Of a DNA stretch of 64,000 nucleotides, positions 1 to 11,193 are shown one piece after another. Position 1 is the stretch's first letter, and each line of letters starts with the position of its first letter. A program made the position numbers and the translations under genes. The notes under the pieces were generated by a model that worked only from the letters and a program-made list of their open reading frames with translations, had not been told where the DNA came from and did not search any database. The stretch comes from a plasmid. The stretch lies in the sequence record OW967251.1; one strand, written 5' to 3'.

Positions 1-1011
1 ATGACGAGCGAAAATAACAGCTTACTTCTGAACCTTCAGGAAGTTGATAAGACAACCGGCGAAGTTGTTAAGCTGGATGTCAACAGCACCAGTACCGTGC
101 AGCCAGTAGCGCTCATGAGACTCGGTCTCTTCGTCCCAACTCTGAAATCAACAGGGAAGAGCAAGGCGAACCGGAAAAACGTTACAGACGCGACTGAGGA
201 GCTTGTACAGCTGTCTATTGCCAAAAGCGAAGGGTACACTGACGTTAAGATCACCGGTTCGCGTCTTGATATGGACACGGATTTTAAAGTCTGGCTGGGG
301 ATAATTCGCTCCATGTCGGAGTATGGGGTAAAAAGTGACACCCTGGAACTGTCGTTCGTCGAATTCGTTAAGATGTGCGGATTTAACTCCCGTCGTTCAA
401 ACAAAAAAATGCGCGATCGCATCAGTAATTCCCTGTTTAAACTTGCCTCGGTTACGCTGAAGTTCCAGAGCGAGACCAAAGGATGGACCACCCATCTGGT
501 GCAGTCAGCCTATTATGACATCACCGAGGATATCGTTGAGATAAAGGCTGAACCTAAGCTGTTTGAGCTTTACCACATGGACAGAAGGGTACTGCTGCGG
601 CTGAAAGCCATTGACGCCCTGCAGCGCAAGGAATCAGCCCAGGCGCTTTATACCTACATCGAAAGTCTTCCCCAGAATCCTGCACCTATTTCCATGAAAC
701 GGATGCGTGACCGGCTGAATCTCACCTCAAATGTCTATACGCAGAACCACACGGTGCGTAAGGCGATGGAGCAGCTGCGGGATATTGGTTATCTGGATTA
801 CACCGAGTTTAAACGTGGCCGAGCCACCTATTTCAGCGTGCATTATCGCAACCCCAAACTCATCAGTGGTCCTGTGAAGGTTCCGCGCAAAGCGGAAGAA
901 GAGAAGGCGCCAGAGCAAAATTATGACGAAGTCATTAAGGCGCTGAAGGCTGCTGGCATCGATCCTCTTAAACTGGCTGAAGCCCTCTCAGCGATGAAGC
1001 CAGAAAATTGA
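1..1011 (+). CDS. repA: Plasmid replication initiator RepA (RepFIB / P1 RepA-like iteron-binding protein). The true start may lie at or before position 1.
   Basis: 336-aa ORF resembles RepFIB/P1 RepA; iteron array follows immediately. Confidence 0.75.
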   Translation: MTSENNSLLLNLQEVDKTTGEVVKLDVNSTSTVQPVALMRLGLFVPTLKSTGKSKANRKNVTDATEELVQLSIAKSEGYTDVKITGSRLDMDTDFKVWLGIIRSMSEYGVKSDTLELSFVEFVKMCGFNSRRSNKKMRDRISNSLFKLASVTLKFQSETKGWTTHLVQSAYYDITEDIVEIKAEPKLFELYHMDRRVLLRLKAIDALQRKESAQALYTYIESLPQNPAPISMKRMRDRLNLTSNVYTQNHTVRKAMEQLRDIGYLDYTEFKRGRATYFSVHYRNPKLISGPVKVPRKAEEEKAPEQNYDEVIKALKAAGIDPLKLAEALSAMKPEN

Positions 1012-1260
1012 CTGCGATATGCATATCATGACTGCCGTATGCCGCTAAGGACATTCCATTGACTGTGATATGCATCACGCATACCGCAGTCAATATTTAT
1101 TCTCTATCATCTCTGCCCGGATCGAACAATATTGACTGTAATATGTGATTTGGGGTCGTGATACGCAGATATTGACTACGGCATGCGGGTTAAATGGGGG
1201 TAATCCCTGGTCTGTTAACCATTCCATGGGTGATAACATGCCACAGTCAATTTTTCAGTA
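1008..1260. repeat. Iteron array downstream of repA (about 5-6 copies, two inverted)
   Basis: Repeated TTGACTG(T/C)(G/A)ATATG cores near 1012, 1062, 1133 and 1172. Inverted copies AGTCAAT near 1088 and 1245. Confidence 0.6.
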
Positions 1261-1727
1261 AAGCTCTATACCCCTTACGAAAATCTCAATCGGGTGCTGA
1301 GACGGTCATGTTACCTGACGGTATCCGTTCCCCTGTGTACTGCAGGTTTAGCCCGGCAGGATGAGACTGCAGCTGTCTGTATAACCCGGCGCCAGCTTCA
1401 CACTGCTAAATGCGATTAGGAAACGGGAGCCGGATGGCAGAAAGGTGTTGGCCACAGATGGTGAATGACTTTCGCGGTTAACGGGATGATTTGCTGAGCT
1501 TCCAGGAAAAACGCACAGTGGGATGCACGGCCAGTATGCCTGCATTGTGCCCTGTCTTGACTGCGGTATGTTGATGCCTGCAGGATTGCAGGTCACCGGG
1601 TAAGACCATGGCGGTTCAGTCATCAGCATGATGGCCTGGTGTGCTGGAGCAGGGAGGGGGCTGAATGCTCTCTGCTCCTGTATTCCGTATTAGCGGAATA
1701 CAGGACGTCATGCCAGGGCCGTCAATC

Positions 1728-2468
1728 TCAGCCGGCCGGGGGCAGGGAGCGAAGGATCTCCGCGGCATCTCGACCATCACCGGTAAAGGGAACGGCCAGG
1801 GTGGCAGCCATGTCCAGCGCAAATACCCGGGTATAGACTTCCATCGAGCGCGGATCCTTATGCCCGGCCAGTGCCTGGATGACCTTCCTGGGCTGCCGGT
1901 GATAAAGCATGTGCATAATATAGCTGTGACGGAAAGTATGCGGCGTCACGGGGATCGAAAAATGCACGCCGTCAGCTTCAGCCCGCTTCACCGCCTGTTT
2001 CAGCCAGTTGCGCATTGTCTCATCCGTGACCGGCCATAACGGCTCCCGCCGGCGGGGGCGGGTGGTCACCATCCAGCTCTCCATCTGACGCACAAAACTG
2101 GCATCCGTCAGCGGTACCAGACGCACTTCATCTTTTGGCGGCCGGCCACGACGTGCCCGCACTTTTTCCGACAGCACCCGAACAAAAGGGCGCAGACCAT
2201 CCAGGTCGAACGATTCCGGGGTGAGCGTCCGGGCTTCACCGATACGGATCCCGGTATTCCACATGGTGGCGAACAACATGTGGTGACGCTGGTCAGGCAT
2301 ATACCAGAGGAGGGCGCTCACTTCCGGCGCCAGGAGGTAAGCCGGCGTGGCACCTGTTGAGGTGGCCATCCGCCGGAGTGCCACCGCGGTCGCAAAATCA
2401 ACGCCCGGGGCGATCGGCAGCAGAGAGACGCGTTCTGGTGAATTCTGCAAGGGAATGATGCTGTTCAT
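1728..2468 (-). CDS. Tyrosine site-specific recombinase (ResD/Int-like plasmid multimer resolvase)
   Basis: 246-aa ORF with the C-terminal HTFRHSY...Y catalytic motifs of phage-integrase-family recombinases. Confidence 0.7.
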   Translation of the reverse strand: MNSIIPLQNSPERVSLLPIAPGVDFATAVALRRMATSTGATPAYLLAPEVSALLWYMPDQRHHMLFATMWNTGIRIGEARTLTPESFDLDGLRPFVRVLSEKVRARRGRPPKDEVRLVPLTDASFVRQMESWMVTTRPRRREPLWPVTDETMRNWLKQAVKRAEADGVHFSIPVTPHTFRHSYIMHMLYHRQPRKVIQALAGHKDPRSMEVYTRVFALDMAATLAVPFTGDGRDAAEILRSLPPAG

Positions 2469-3602
2469 GAGTTATTTTTCACGTAGCGCACGCACTGTTT
2501 ATGGATACAGGTATTTTGCACCTGACGGGCCGATCCTGCCATGACAATAAATCGCAGCGCGCGGATCCTTTTGTTGTCTTATCCCGCATTATTGCGGGTA
2601 AAACCAAATGCGTAAAGGATCGTTTTTCTGCTCAGATCCTCCATGAAGCCAGTAATGACGCGGGTTGATGGCTGTTTTACGGTTTTTGGGAGAATTGGAG
2701 TAATGCCAGGATGTACATGTTAGGCAGGAAACAGAAGAGAAGAGAGCGCTACGCGATTTCCGGCCTGGTACACCCCTGTAACCTTGCGGGATTTCGCGTA
2801 ACGCTTTCATAAGTTTACAACAGAAGAGAAAAGATAATTGCTGAAAAATGAAGTCCGTAAGTTAAATAAAAAATCATGATCCGTCCGGCACTATGTACTT
2901 AGCTGTCGTTTAGGTCTTAGGTGTTTTTGCTAAATTACGATGGTATCCCTTGTAAGAGTAATCTGGCTTGTCCTGCACATCTTCAGGTGACAATTCAGTG
3001 CAATTTCAGGGATTAATCCTTTTGTCGTCTGCAGAATCTCTCTATAAACGGGCTGTTTGTTGGTTCGCCAGAAGGAAAAAATTTAGCGTCGCGCAGATTC
3101 AGGCTGTGTTGAACTTTTCTGTTCTGTATCAACAGTTCCTGTCTTAAGCTGATACAATATACCCTCAGTAGAAAATATTGGATAAGGAAACTATGTACCT
3201 TCCTGGACAATTTTCTTGAACCTTTCATGCCGTCTCGTCTTGTTCAGATTCAGAACTGCCATACGTTTCTTCAGCCACTGGTTTTCATAAGAAACCATGA
3301 AGATCAAGCATTAATGTCTTTACATTTATTTGAACAGATGCGCTTTAATTGTGCCACAAAAAATAAGTCATTGTAAGTTATGGCGATTTTTAATATACAA
3401 ATCATTATGCATTCTGAATACATGGAAGTGTATAATGAGCGCTTCAGGTCACAGATGATTAGATGTAACAGTTCACTATTCATCATGATTTATTGGAAAC
3501 TTGTTAAGTTTTATATGATTATGAGATATTGGGATTATTGAGTTCCAGGACAATTCTGATAAGATAGCGATAACCAACACTACCCTGCAATAACCACTCA
3601 AG

Positions 3603-4559
3603 ATGAAAATTATGACAAACCATAAAGAAGAGAACAGGTTATTATCATTATATTCTATGGGGATCCTTGATACAAAATATGAAGAACGATTTGACAGATT
3701 GACGAGGATTGCCACCAAACTCTTTGATGTACCAATAGCACTTGTTTCATTAATTGATAGAGACAGGCAATGGTTTAAGTCATGTTATGGGCTGAAGATA
3801 AAAGAGACAGATAGAAGTGATTCATTTTGTACAATAGCAGTAGATCTTAGTGAACCATTAATAGTGCCCGATGCAAGCCTTGATCCAAGATTCAAAGAAA
3901 ATAAATTAGTTAAAAATGATCCTTATATCCGGTTTTATGCAGGGCATCCCGTAAGACTGCCAGATGGTGAGATAGCTGGAACAATATGTATTATTGATAC
4001 AGAACCAAGAGTATTAACCAGAGATGACTTCTTATTGCTTAAAGATTTAGCAGAAATCGTAGAGGATGAGTTTAGAATAATAAACGAAGCAACTACTGAT
4101 CCTTTGACAGGTATATGTAACCGGCGTTCTTTCGCCCTAATGACGGATGAATCGTTAAGAAAAGCCAAAAAAAAGAAAAAAACATTCTGTGTTCTGATCA
4201 TAGATCTCGATAATTTTAAACCAATCAATGATAACTTCGGTCATTCAGAAGGTAATGAAGTACTTTGCAATTTTGCAGATATGCTGGAAGATCTTAGTAG
4301 TTCAAAAAGCGTTGTTGCAAGATTAGGAGGTGATGAATTTGGTGTTCTATTACCCGAGTCAACCTATAAAGAAGCAGAAGAATTCCTTCATAAATTGAGG
4401 GCCGGGATTACCAGCTACAATCTTAATTCTCAAAAAAAATACAACATAGATTTTTCTGCAGGGATTATTGAATATGATGAGAAAATTCATACTGAATGCT
4501 CTGCTATCATGCAGGATGCAGACGAAAGAATGTATGAAATTAAAAAGGGAAAACGATAG
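3603..4559 (+). CDS. GAF-GGDEF diguanylate cyclase
   Basis: N-terminal GAF-like region. Motif RLGGDEFGVLL, I-site-like RRSF and DLDNFKPINDNFGH are present. Confidence 0.8.
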   Translation: MKIMTNHKEENRLLSLYSMGILDTKYEERFDRLTRIATKLFDVPIALVSLIDRDRQWFKSCYGLKIKETDRSDSFCTIAVDLSEPLIVPDASLDPRFKENKLVKNDPYIRFYAGHPVRLPDGEIAGTICIIDTEPRVLTRDDFLLLKDLAEIVEDEFRIINEATTDPLTGICNRRSFALMTDESLRKAKKKKKTFCVLIIDLDNFKPINDNFGHSEGNEVLCNFADMLEDLSSSKSVVARLGGDEFGVLLPESTYKEAEEFLHKLRAGITSYNLNSQKKYNIDFSAGIIEYDEKIHTECSAIMQDADERMYEIKKGKR

Positions 4560-4588
4560 TATATGAAAAAATAGGACATACAGCCCTA

Positions 4589-4884
4589 TTTTTTTTGGCC
4601 CCTCAAAAAATCAATCAGTTGATCACCTGACAAAGGCTTCGAATAATAATAACCTTGAAATTCATCGCAATTCATATTTTTTAGCAATTCAAACTGTTCA
4701 TTATTTTCCACACCTTCTGCGACTATACCTAAACTGAAAGCTTTTCCAAGAGACACTATGCTTCTTACAATAGATAAGTCCCGTGCAACGTGGGCAATAC
4801 CACTAATGAATGTTCTGTCTAACTTAATCGCATCAAATGGAAATTCTCTTAGATAGTTGAGAGAGGAATATCCAGTCCCAAAAT
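4589..4884 (-). pseudogene. EAL-domain phosphodiesterase C-terminal remnant, 5' part deleted at the IS903 boundary
   Basis: Minus-strand translation FGTGYSSLNYLREFPFDAIKLDRTFISG...EGVENNEQFELLKNMNCDEFQGYYYSKPL matches an EAL C-terminus. The reading frame abuts the IS903 IR at 4885. Confidence 0.6.
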
Positions 4885-5941
4885 GGCTTTGTTGAATAAA
4901 TCGAACTTTTGCTGAGTTGAAGGATCAGATCACGTATCTTCCCGACAACGCAGACCGTTCCGTGGCAAAGCAAAAGTTCAAAATCACCAACTGGCCCACC
5001 TACAATAAAGCCCTCATCAACCGTGGCTCCATAACTTTCTGGCTGGATGATGAAGCTATTCAGGCCTGGTATGAGTCAGCAACACCTTCTTCACGAGGCA
5101 GACCTCAGCGCTATTCTGACCTTGCCATCACGACTGTGCTGGTCATTAAACGCGTATTCAGGCTGACCCTGCGCGCTGCGCAGGGCTTTATTGATTCCAT
5201 TTTTTCTCTGATGAACGTTCCGCTACGCTGCCCGGATTACAGCTGTGTCAGCAGGCAGGCAAAGTCGGTTAATGTCAGTTTCAAAACGCCCACCCGGGGT
5301 GAAATCGCACACCTGGTAATTGATTCCACCGGGCTGAAGGTCTTCGGTGAAGGCGAGTGGAAAGTCAAAAAGCATGGCCAGGAACGCCGCCGTATCTGGC
5401 GTAAGCTGCATCTCGCCGTTGACAGTAAAACACATGAAATCATCTGCGCTGACCTGTCGCTGAACAATGTGACGGACTCAGAAGCCTTCCCGGGTCTTAT
5501 CCGGCAGACTCACAGAAAAATCAGGGCAGCATCGGCAGACGGCGCTTACGACACCCGGCTCTGTCACGATGAACTGCGGCGTAAGAAAATCAGCGCGCTT
5601 ATCCCACCCCGAAAAGGTGCGGGTTACTGGCCCGGTGAATATGCAGACCGTAACCGTGCAGTGGCTAATCAGCAAATGACCGGGAGTAATGCGCGGTGGA
5701 AATGGACAACAGATTACAACCGTCGCTCGATAGCGGAAACGGCGATGTACCGGGTAAAACAGCTGTTCGGGGGGGCACTGACGCTGCGTGACTACGATGG
5801 TCAGGTTGCGGAGGCTATGGCCCTGGTACGAGCGCTGAACAAAATGACGAAAGCAGGTATGCCTGAAAGCGTGCGTATTGCCTGAAAACACAACCCGCTA
5901 CGGGGGAGACTTACCCGAAATCTGATTTATTCAACAAAGCC
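4885..5941 (+). mobile_element. IS903 (IS5 family, IS903 group), complete at 1057 bp, with no flanking direct repeat
   Basis: Terminal IRs GGCTTTGTTGAATAAATC at 4885 and GATTTATTCAACAAAGCC ending 5941. Flanks tcccaaaat and tataaaaga differ, implying an adjacent deletion. Confidence 0.85.
4962..5885 (+). CDS. tnpA: IS903 transposase (probable GTG start, VAKQKFKITNW...)
   Basis: 307-aa DDE transposase with the NWPTYNKALINRGS motif of the IS903 group. The ORF track extends it upstream to 4917. Confidence 0.8.
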   Translation: MAKQKFKITNWPTYNKALINRGSITFWLDDEAIQAWYESATPSSRGRPQRYSDLAITTVLVIKRVFRLTLRAAQGFIDSIFSLMNVPLRCPDYSCVSRQAKSVNVSFKTPTRGEIAHLVIDSTGLKVFGEGEWKVKKHGQERRRIWRKLHLAVDSKTHEIICADLSLNNVTDSEAFPGLIRQTHRKIRAASADGAYDTRLCHDELRRKKISALIPPRKGAGYWPGEYADRNRAVANQQMTGSNARWKWTTDYNRRSIAETAMYRVKQLFGGALTLRDYDGQVAEAMALVRALNKMTKAGMPESVRIA

Positions 5942-6557
5942 TATAAAAGAAATAAAGAAAAAGATGAAACTGGCTAGCACATATGAGTTGTATCAATTCG
6001 CGTATATGTTAAAATCACTCACGGACTCGACCTAATCTCCTTTTTTAATTGTTAACACAGGTATTTTTATGTTATTGTATGTTGTTTTGTCTATTTCGCT
6101 GGTTTTATTATATGGGATGATAATAAAATATAAAGTGAAGTCAAGGAAATCACAGGGTACTGTAAAAAAGCCTATGGCAATCAGAAATAATAGAAATCTA
6201 AAGTAGATTCAAAGAGAATAGCTTTCGGGTATAAATGTAGTTATTCCGTCTTCAGTAAGTTAATGATAAATGCTTTACTCTACCTGATGTTATACAGGAC
6301 GAGTTTTTCTCACTTTTATCTAATGTGTATATTGTTTTTTCTTTATATCTAAAACTGAAGTCATTGATTCCAGACAGGGCGCGATGACGGTAGTTATCCC
6401 GCCTTGTCATCGCACAAGAATACTGAAACTCTACGGCCAATCCGACTGACCAGAATAATCAGAATTATTATTGCACAACAAATTTCATTTTCCTCACGTC
6501 AGTGATTCCGGCGGGCGTTAAGTAAAAACGGAGATGTTCTGCCAAATAATTTATGAT

Positions 6558-6815
6558 TTAATGTAGCTCTATATTATTTTTCCCGGAAATTAGTTGCAAC
6601 AGATATATTCTGTCTTTCTCAATGAGAGCTGGAAATGTATCGCCAGCAGCTGCCAGCAGAGACCATACTTCCAGGATAGCATAGGCCTTTGTATATTCAA
6701 GTGCGAAACCTAACCCTTCCAGAGAACCTGCTCTGCGAATATGTTCACATATTGCATTTTCACATACCCGTGTTAAGGCTTCATAACTGAGCGAAAAATC
6801 ATATTTTTTATCCAT
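6558..6815 (-). CDS. Hypothetical 85-aa protein
   Basis: Isolated ORF in an AT-rich region; no recognisable motifs. Confidence 0.3.
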   Translation of the reverse strand: MDKKYDFSLSYEALTRVCENAICEHIRRAGSLEGLGFALEYTKAYAILEVWSLLAAAGDTFPALIEKDRIYLLQLISGKNNIELH

Positions 6816-7291
6816 CTTAAGCTATCTTCACCCAAATGCAGATATCCGGTTACACGTTGCAATGCGTAACATTATCAATAATAACCCGATTATAACATGA
6901 ATTTTCGTTTTGTAATGCCGATGTCACACAACATTTTACTCTGTTTTTTTCAAAAAAGAGTGTCTTTATTTTGGTGTACACCTTAGTGTGCGATCGCCCA
7001 GCAAGAAATGAATATTCGTTCTATACTAGTGGGTAAAAAACCGCATTACATGCATCGCTTAAAAGTTGCACCATGCATCTGGAGCCTTCACGAGGCTATT
7101 AATAACGCATGAATTATCTCTGTAAATCATAACCAGTATCTATCCGAACCATGTCACATTATTTGATTCATACCCGGGATGAGTAAGGCAAGAATAGGTA
7201 TACTGGAATAGTATGTTCAGTGCCAGCTAATCGGTCAGTGAAGTTGGCGAAAATATAGCTTTATATCTTTTCAATTTGAGGGGAGATCTGC

Positions 7292-8871
7292 ATGGTTAGT
7301 CGTAAGCTGGAACGTTTGATTAGCCCTGGAAAGTGGATACATAATCTATCAGTCCTCTCTTTATCGATTCTTTCAGCTGGTATATTTTTTTTGTATTATC
7401 TGAGAGCGTATCTTACCTGATTTTTCGGGATAAAATTAAAGACTATACTTCCGATGTGCTTGTTCGCTCTGAATCGCTCCTGGTTCAGACTGAATCTGTC
7501 AAGACTGCTGCAAAGTCACATTTGAATATAGGAGACAGTCCATGTACTAATGAAAATATCCTACATCTTCGGGTTGTAGTATGGCCCTATCCGTTGATTA
7601 AAGATGTTGGCTACATCATAAAAGGAGAATTAGCCTGTAGTGCTCTGTGGGGGAGTTTACGTCCCACCTTAAGTCTGGAACATTTTGATAAAAAATGGAC
7701 TTCGCGGGAAGGAGTGTGGCTTTTTGGTATTAAGCTTATGGATGATATATCCGTCAATGGATATATTTCTGAAGGTATTATGGTGACCCTATCACCATTT
7801 GTCTTCAGACGATTCGAAACTGATATGTATTCAAAAAACTTTAGCGCTGTTGTCGGAAATAGTAAGCATGACAGGCATTACTTCAATATAGGACCTGATG
7901 CTCCTCTTCTTGATCGGCATGATAGCGTTCCACTAAGGTTTAGAGTGTTTAGGGCATGTAGCCTACATTATGATCTCTGTGTTGCAGGAGGTGGGTATTT
8001 TACGGGGATATTTTCAGAGCACTGGAGCATACAAATGTTATTAGTAACAGTGTCACTACTTTCCGGTTTAATGATTTATATTATCATTATGAACAGAGCA
8101 GAACTCAATAGTTCACTATCTGCAAGGTTTGTAAAGGCTTTGAAAAATGAAGCCCTGTCGCTGGTCTATCAACCTATTTACAGAATTGAAGACGGACAGA
8201 TCTGCGGATTTGAGGCCTTGCTCAGATGGAAAGATGAAAGACTCGGGAATATTAGCCCTGAAGTATTTATACCGCTTTCTGAAAGGGAAGGGTTGCAGGA
8301 GGATGTGACTTTATTCGTCATTAACCATGCTATCCGAGAATTTATCCATACTGCTATTCAGAATGAAATATTTTTGAGCGTAAACATTAATCCAAGCGAT
8401 CTTGATTCAGAAAAATTCAGGGATAAACTACTAGGATTAATTTCTGAATATAACATCCCATATAAAACAATCCTTCTTGAAATTACGGAGCGTCAAGGAG
8501 GGGATTTTAAAGGTATGAAAATTCACATTGATAAATATAAAAATCATGGTGTCAGGTTTGCCATCGATGACTTTGGGACAGGATATTCTAATCTTAATCT
8601 GGTAACTGCGCTTGATGTAGATGAAATAAAAATAGACAAATCGCTAACTAGTGCTATTGGTACTGAATCTTTACGATATGATCTTCTTCCCGGACTGCAT
8701 GAGATGTTCCGCTCCATTGCAGATAAGATTGTGTTTGAGGGTGTAGAGACTCAGGAGCAGGTGAACTATCTGAAGACGTTCTGGCCACAGAGTTATGCTC
8801 AGGGCTGGTATTACTCCAGAGCGCTTCCGCTGGAAGAAGCGAGAAAACTTACCATCCGGGAATTGAACTGA
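7292..8871 (+). pseudogene. CSS-motif-domain EAL c-di-GMP phosphodiesterase (PdeC/YjcC-like), apparently frameshifted in a T8 run at 7385-7392
   Basis: N-terminal TM segment MVSRKLERLISPGKWIHNLSVLSLSILSAGIFF is in frame 2 from 7292. CSS domain (ELACSALWGS), second TM and EAL domain (FEALLRW, DDFGTGYSNL) are in frame 1 to 8871. T9 instead of T8 would restore a single ~526-aa ORF. Confidence 0.6.
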
Positions 8872-9853
8872 CCGGCACTTTCAGCGCAAACACTCAGCAA
8901 TTGCTTGCCGATCAGCTGGTAGAAATTGAAGGGCAGTGTAATCACCTGCTGCTGGCGCAGGGGAAAGCGTTACTGAAAAGTCGTTCTGAACTGCTTAAAT
9001 AACAGAGAAACCAGGATGTGATTTGATGCAAAACACGGAACAGCGAATGTAATATTTACTGAGATGAGCGAGCTTTGTCTCATAGTACAGAGGAGTCGGG
9101 GCTGCCAGTATCCGGTAGACAGCATTATTCGTCTGCAACATAACTCTGCTGGTTGCTGCGGATAACTACTCAGCGCCTTCCAGAGATGGCATTGATGAAA
9201 GTAGTAGAAAAAACCTGGAATCTTTGAAGATGTGTCCCTACCTCAGGGGGCTGGAGTGCCATCTGGCCCTAATTCAGCACAGTGCTGCAGATATGTGTTA
9301 TGTACAAGTAGACACTGTCTTGAAAATCAGAAGTCGTTGAGGGTTGAATGCAATTCCAATATTTGCTTCAGCAGATAACGAGGACCTCTATCTATTGCAT
9401 CTAGTGAATAGGAAGCCGTTTCCATTTTTCTCTAAAGCAACTGGTGTTGACATCCTGAATTCCTTCAAATGTCTGATATTCCTTTTTTCAAAGCACTAGA
9501 AAAATACCCGAAAGCTGTTAATCTAATACATTGACTGACCATACAGTACAGCGTTATTTTGTTGGGTTTACTTCACGTACTTTTTATTGTCGGATACTGT
9601 TGGGAAAAGACACAAAGAAGCAAGCCATTAAGCGGAATACTGCGTAGGGTTAGAATATACAATTAACTTTTCCGTGATAGGACTAGTGATAACAATATTT
9701 CCAGCATGGGCTGACAGGAGTATAGATGGAACTGCTCTCCATAGGTTAATACATCTCGCAATTAACACGCCCGCATATGCCACAAAACTGACGCCCATTC
9801 TCGGAATTTTTTTTGCCATTATCTTTCCTGCGGCCTAATTACTTTCCCCACAA

Positions 9854-11131
9854 CTATGGTTTTTTATTAGAGTCTTCACCACTAAATAAATTATAATAAA
9901 TTGATTTTATTAGACATCTGTCAGAATCTATATGGTCAGCACGTATTGCATGCTCTAATGTTTCAAATGCTAAATTATGCGCGGCCTCAGAAAATATCCC
10001 AGGCCAACCCTTACTCAGCATAGACAGTCCTTTAAGGACTCTTATCTGTATCTCCCTCATACCGGCACCATCGCGCGCGACAGGTGAGAAAAAGTCTTCC
10101 AGTAGATCGTTATTCTGAAGTGGTGCAACATGAACTGAAGGATATTTCACTTCTATTTCATCAGATTTATTCTGCGCGTAAGTGGAAAGTATACGAACAC
10201 CTCTGCCAATGACATCAATGGCGGTTCCAGGATCGTTCACTGCGGGGGAAAGTGCCCGGCAGGCTATTTCGGCCATGACGCTAAGACAAAATCGGGGATC
10301 CTGAGCAAATGAACGTACATCCGAGACAATAATCGTCTCAAGTAAATCGGCGCTGATTGATGACTCCTGGCCTTGACTCAGGTACAAAACGGGCATGGAT
10401 GGATGGATGAAACTGCCTGGCTGCGCCACGAGGTATACATGACGGGGATCATTGGTCAGCAGCTTGCTAAGTTTCACCATATTAATATATTCAACATAGC
10501 CAATCTTCTTCGGATAAACTGCAACCGTTCCTTTCGGCTGTTCATTGTTCTCAAGCCATGGATATCCGCCGAGACAGGGATTTCTTGCTCTCGCAATAAA
10601 TGTTTCGATGGCCGCCTGTTCTACTTTTGCCGTTGTCTCACCTACCCTTCCCAGAGAGGTCAAATGCTGTATCCAGCGAAGCAATGTGATGAGGATTAAG
10701 GCAATGACAACCAGTGTGACAATGAATAAAATGACTCTCCCCCTTTCTCCATAAGCTCCCATACTGAGGGCAATAATCCCTACCAGACTGAAGAGAAAAG
10801 AACCGATGAAGGTGGCCAGTACATTTTGTGTGGTTACGTCTTCAACAACTAAACGCGTAGCTCTGGGAGTCACATTAGTAGTGGCTGAACCGTAGGCTGT
10901 GACCATGATACTCAACGAAAAAGTGGTCACTGCCAGCATACTCGATGCCAGTATGTTCAGAATGTTATCGACTGCTTCCGCACCAACCTTCACGGAAACC
11001 GACTCAGGTATCATTGATTTAAAAAGAATTGATAAAAGGGCCGTTATTATCGCGACAATGGCGAATAACGTTGCCCTGAACCATAGCTTTTTAACTGTCT
11101 GCTTCAGAATCCATTTCCAGCGTGAAATCAT
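9854..11131 (-). CDS. DUF2254-family membrane protein
   Basis: 425 aa with N-terminal multi-TM region and soluble C-terminal domain. Lies 62 bp downstream of the BCCT gene on the same strand. Confidence 0.55.
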   Translation of the reverse strand: MISRWKWILKQTVKKLWFRATLFAIVAIITALLSILFKSMIPESVSVKVGAEAVDNILNILASSMLAVTTFSLSIMVTAYGSATTNVTPRATRLVVEDVTTQNVLATFIGSFLFSLVGIIALSMGAYGERGRVILFIVTLVVIALILITLLRWIQHLTSLGRVGETTAKVEQAAIETFIARARNPCLGGYPWLENNEQPKGTVAVYPKKIGYVEYINMVKLSKLLTNDPRHVYLVAQPGSFIHPSMPVLYLSQGQESSISADLLETIIVSDVRSFAQDPRFCLSVMAEIACRALSPAVNDPGTAIDVIGRGVRILSTYAQNKSDEIEVKYPSVHVAPLQNNDLLEDFFSPVARDGAGMREIQIRVLKGLSMLSKGWPGIFSEAAHNLAFETLEHAIRADHIDSDRCLIKSIYYNLFSGEDSNKKP

Positions 11132-11193
11132 TCTGCATTCCTCATATTGCGGCCGGGATAAATAATTGCCGCCCCCAGGACGGCATGTTGCTA

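Noticed and set aside
8880-9000. Short open frame ending LLKSRSELLK* just after the CSS-EAL gene, considered a gene remnant
   Set aside because: No start codon, no recognisable motif and too short to support.
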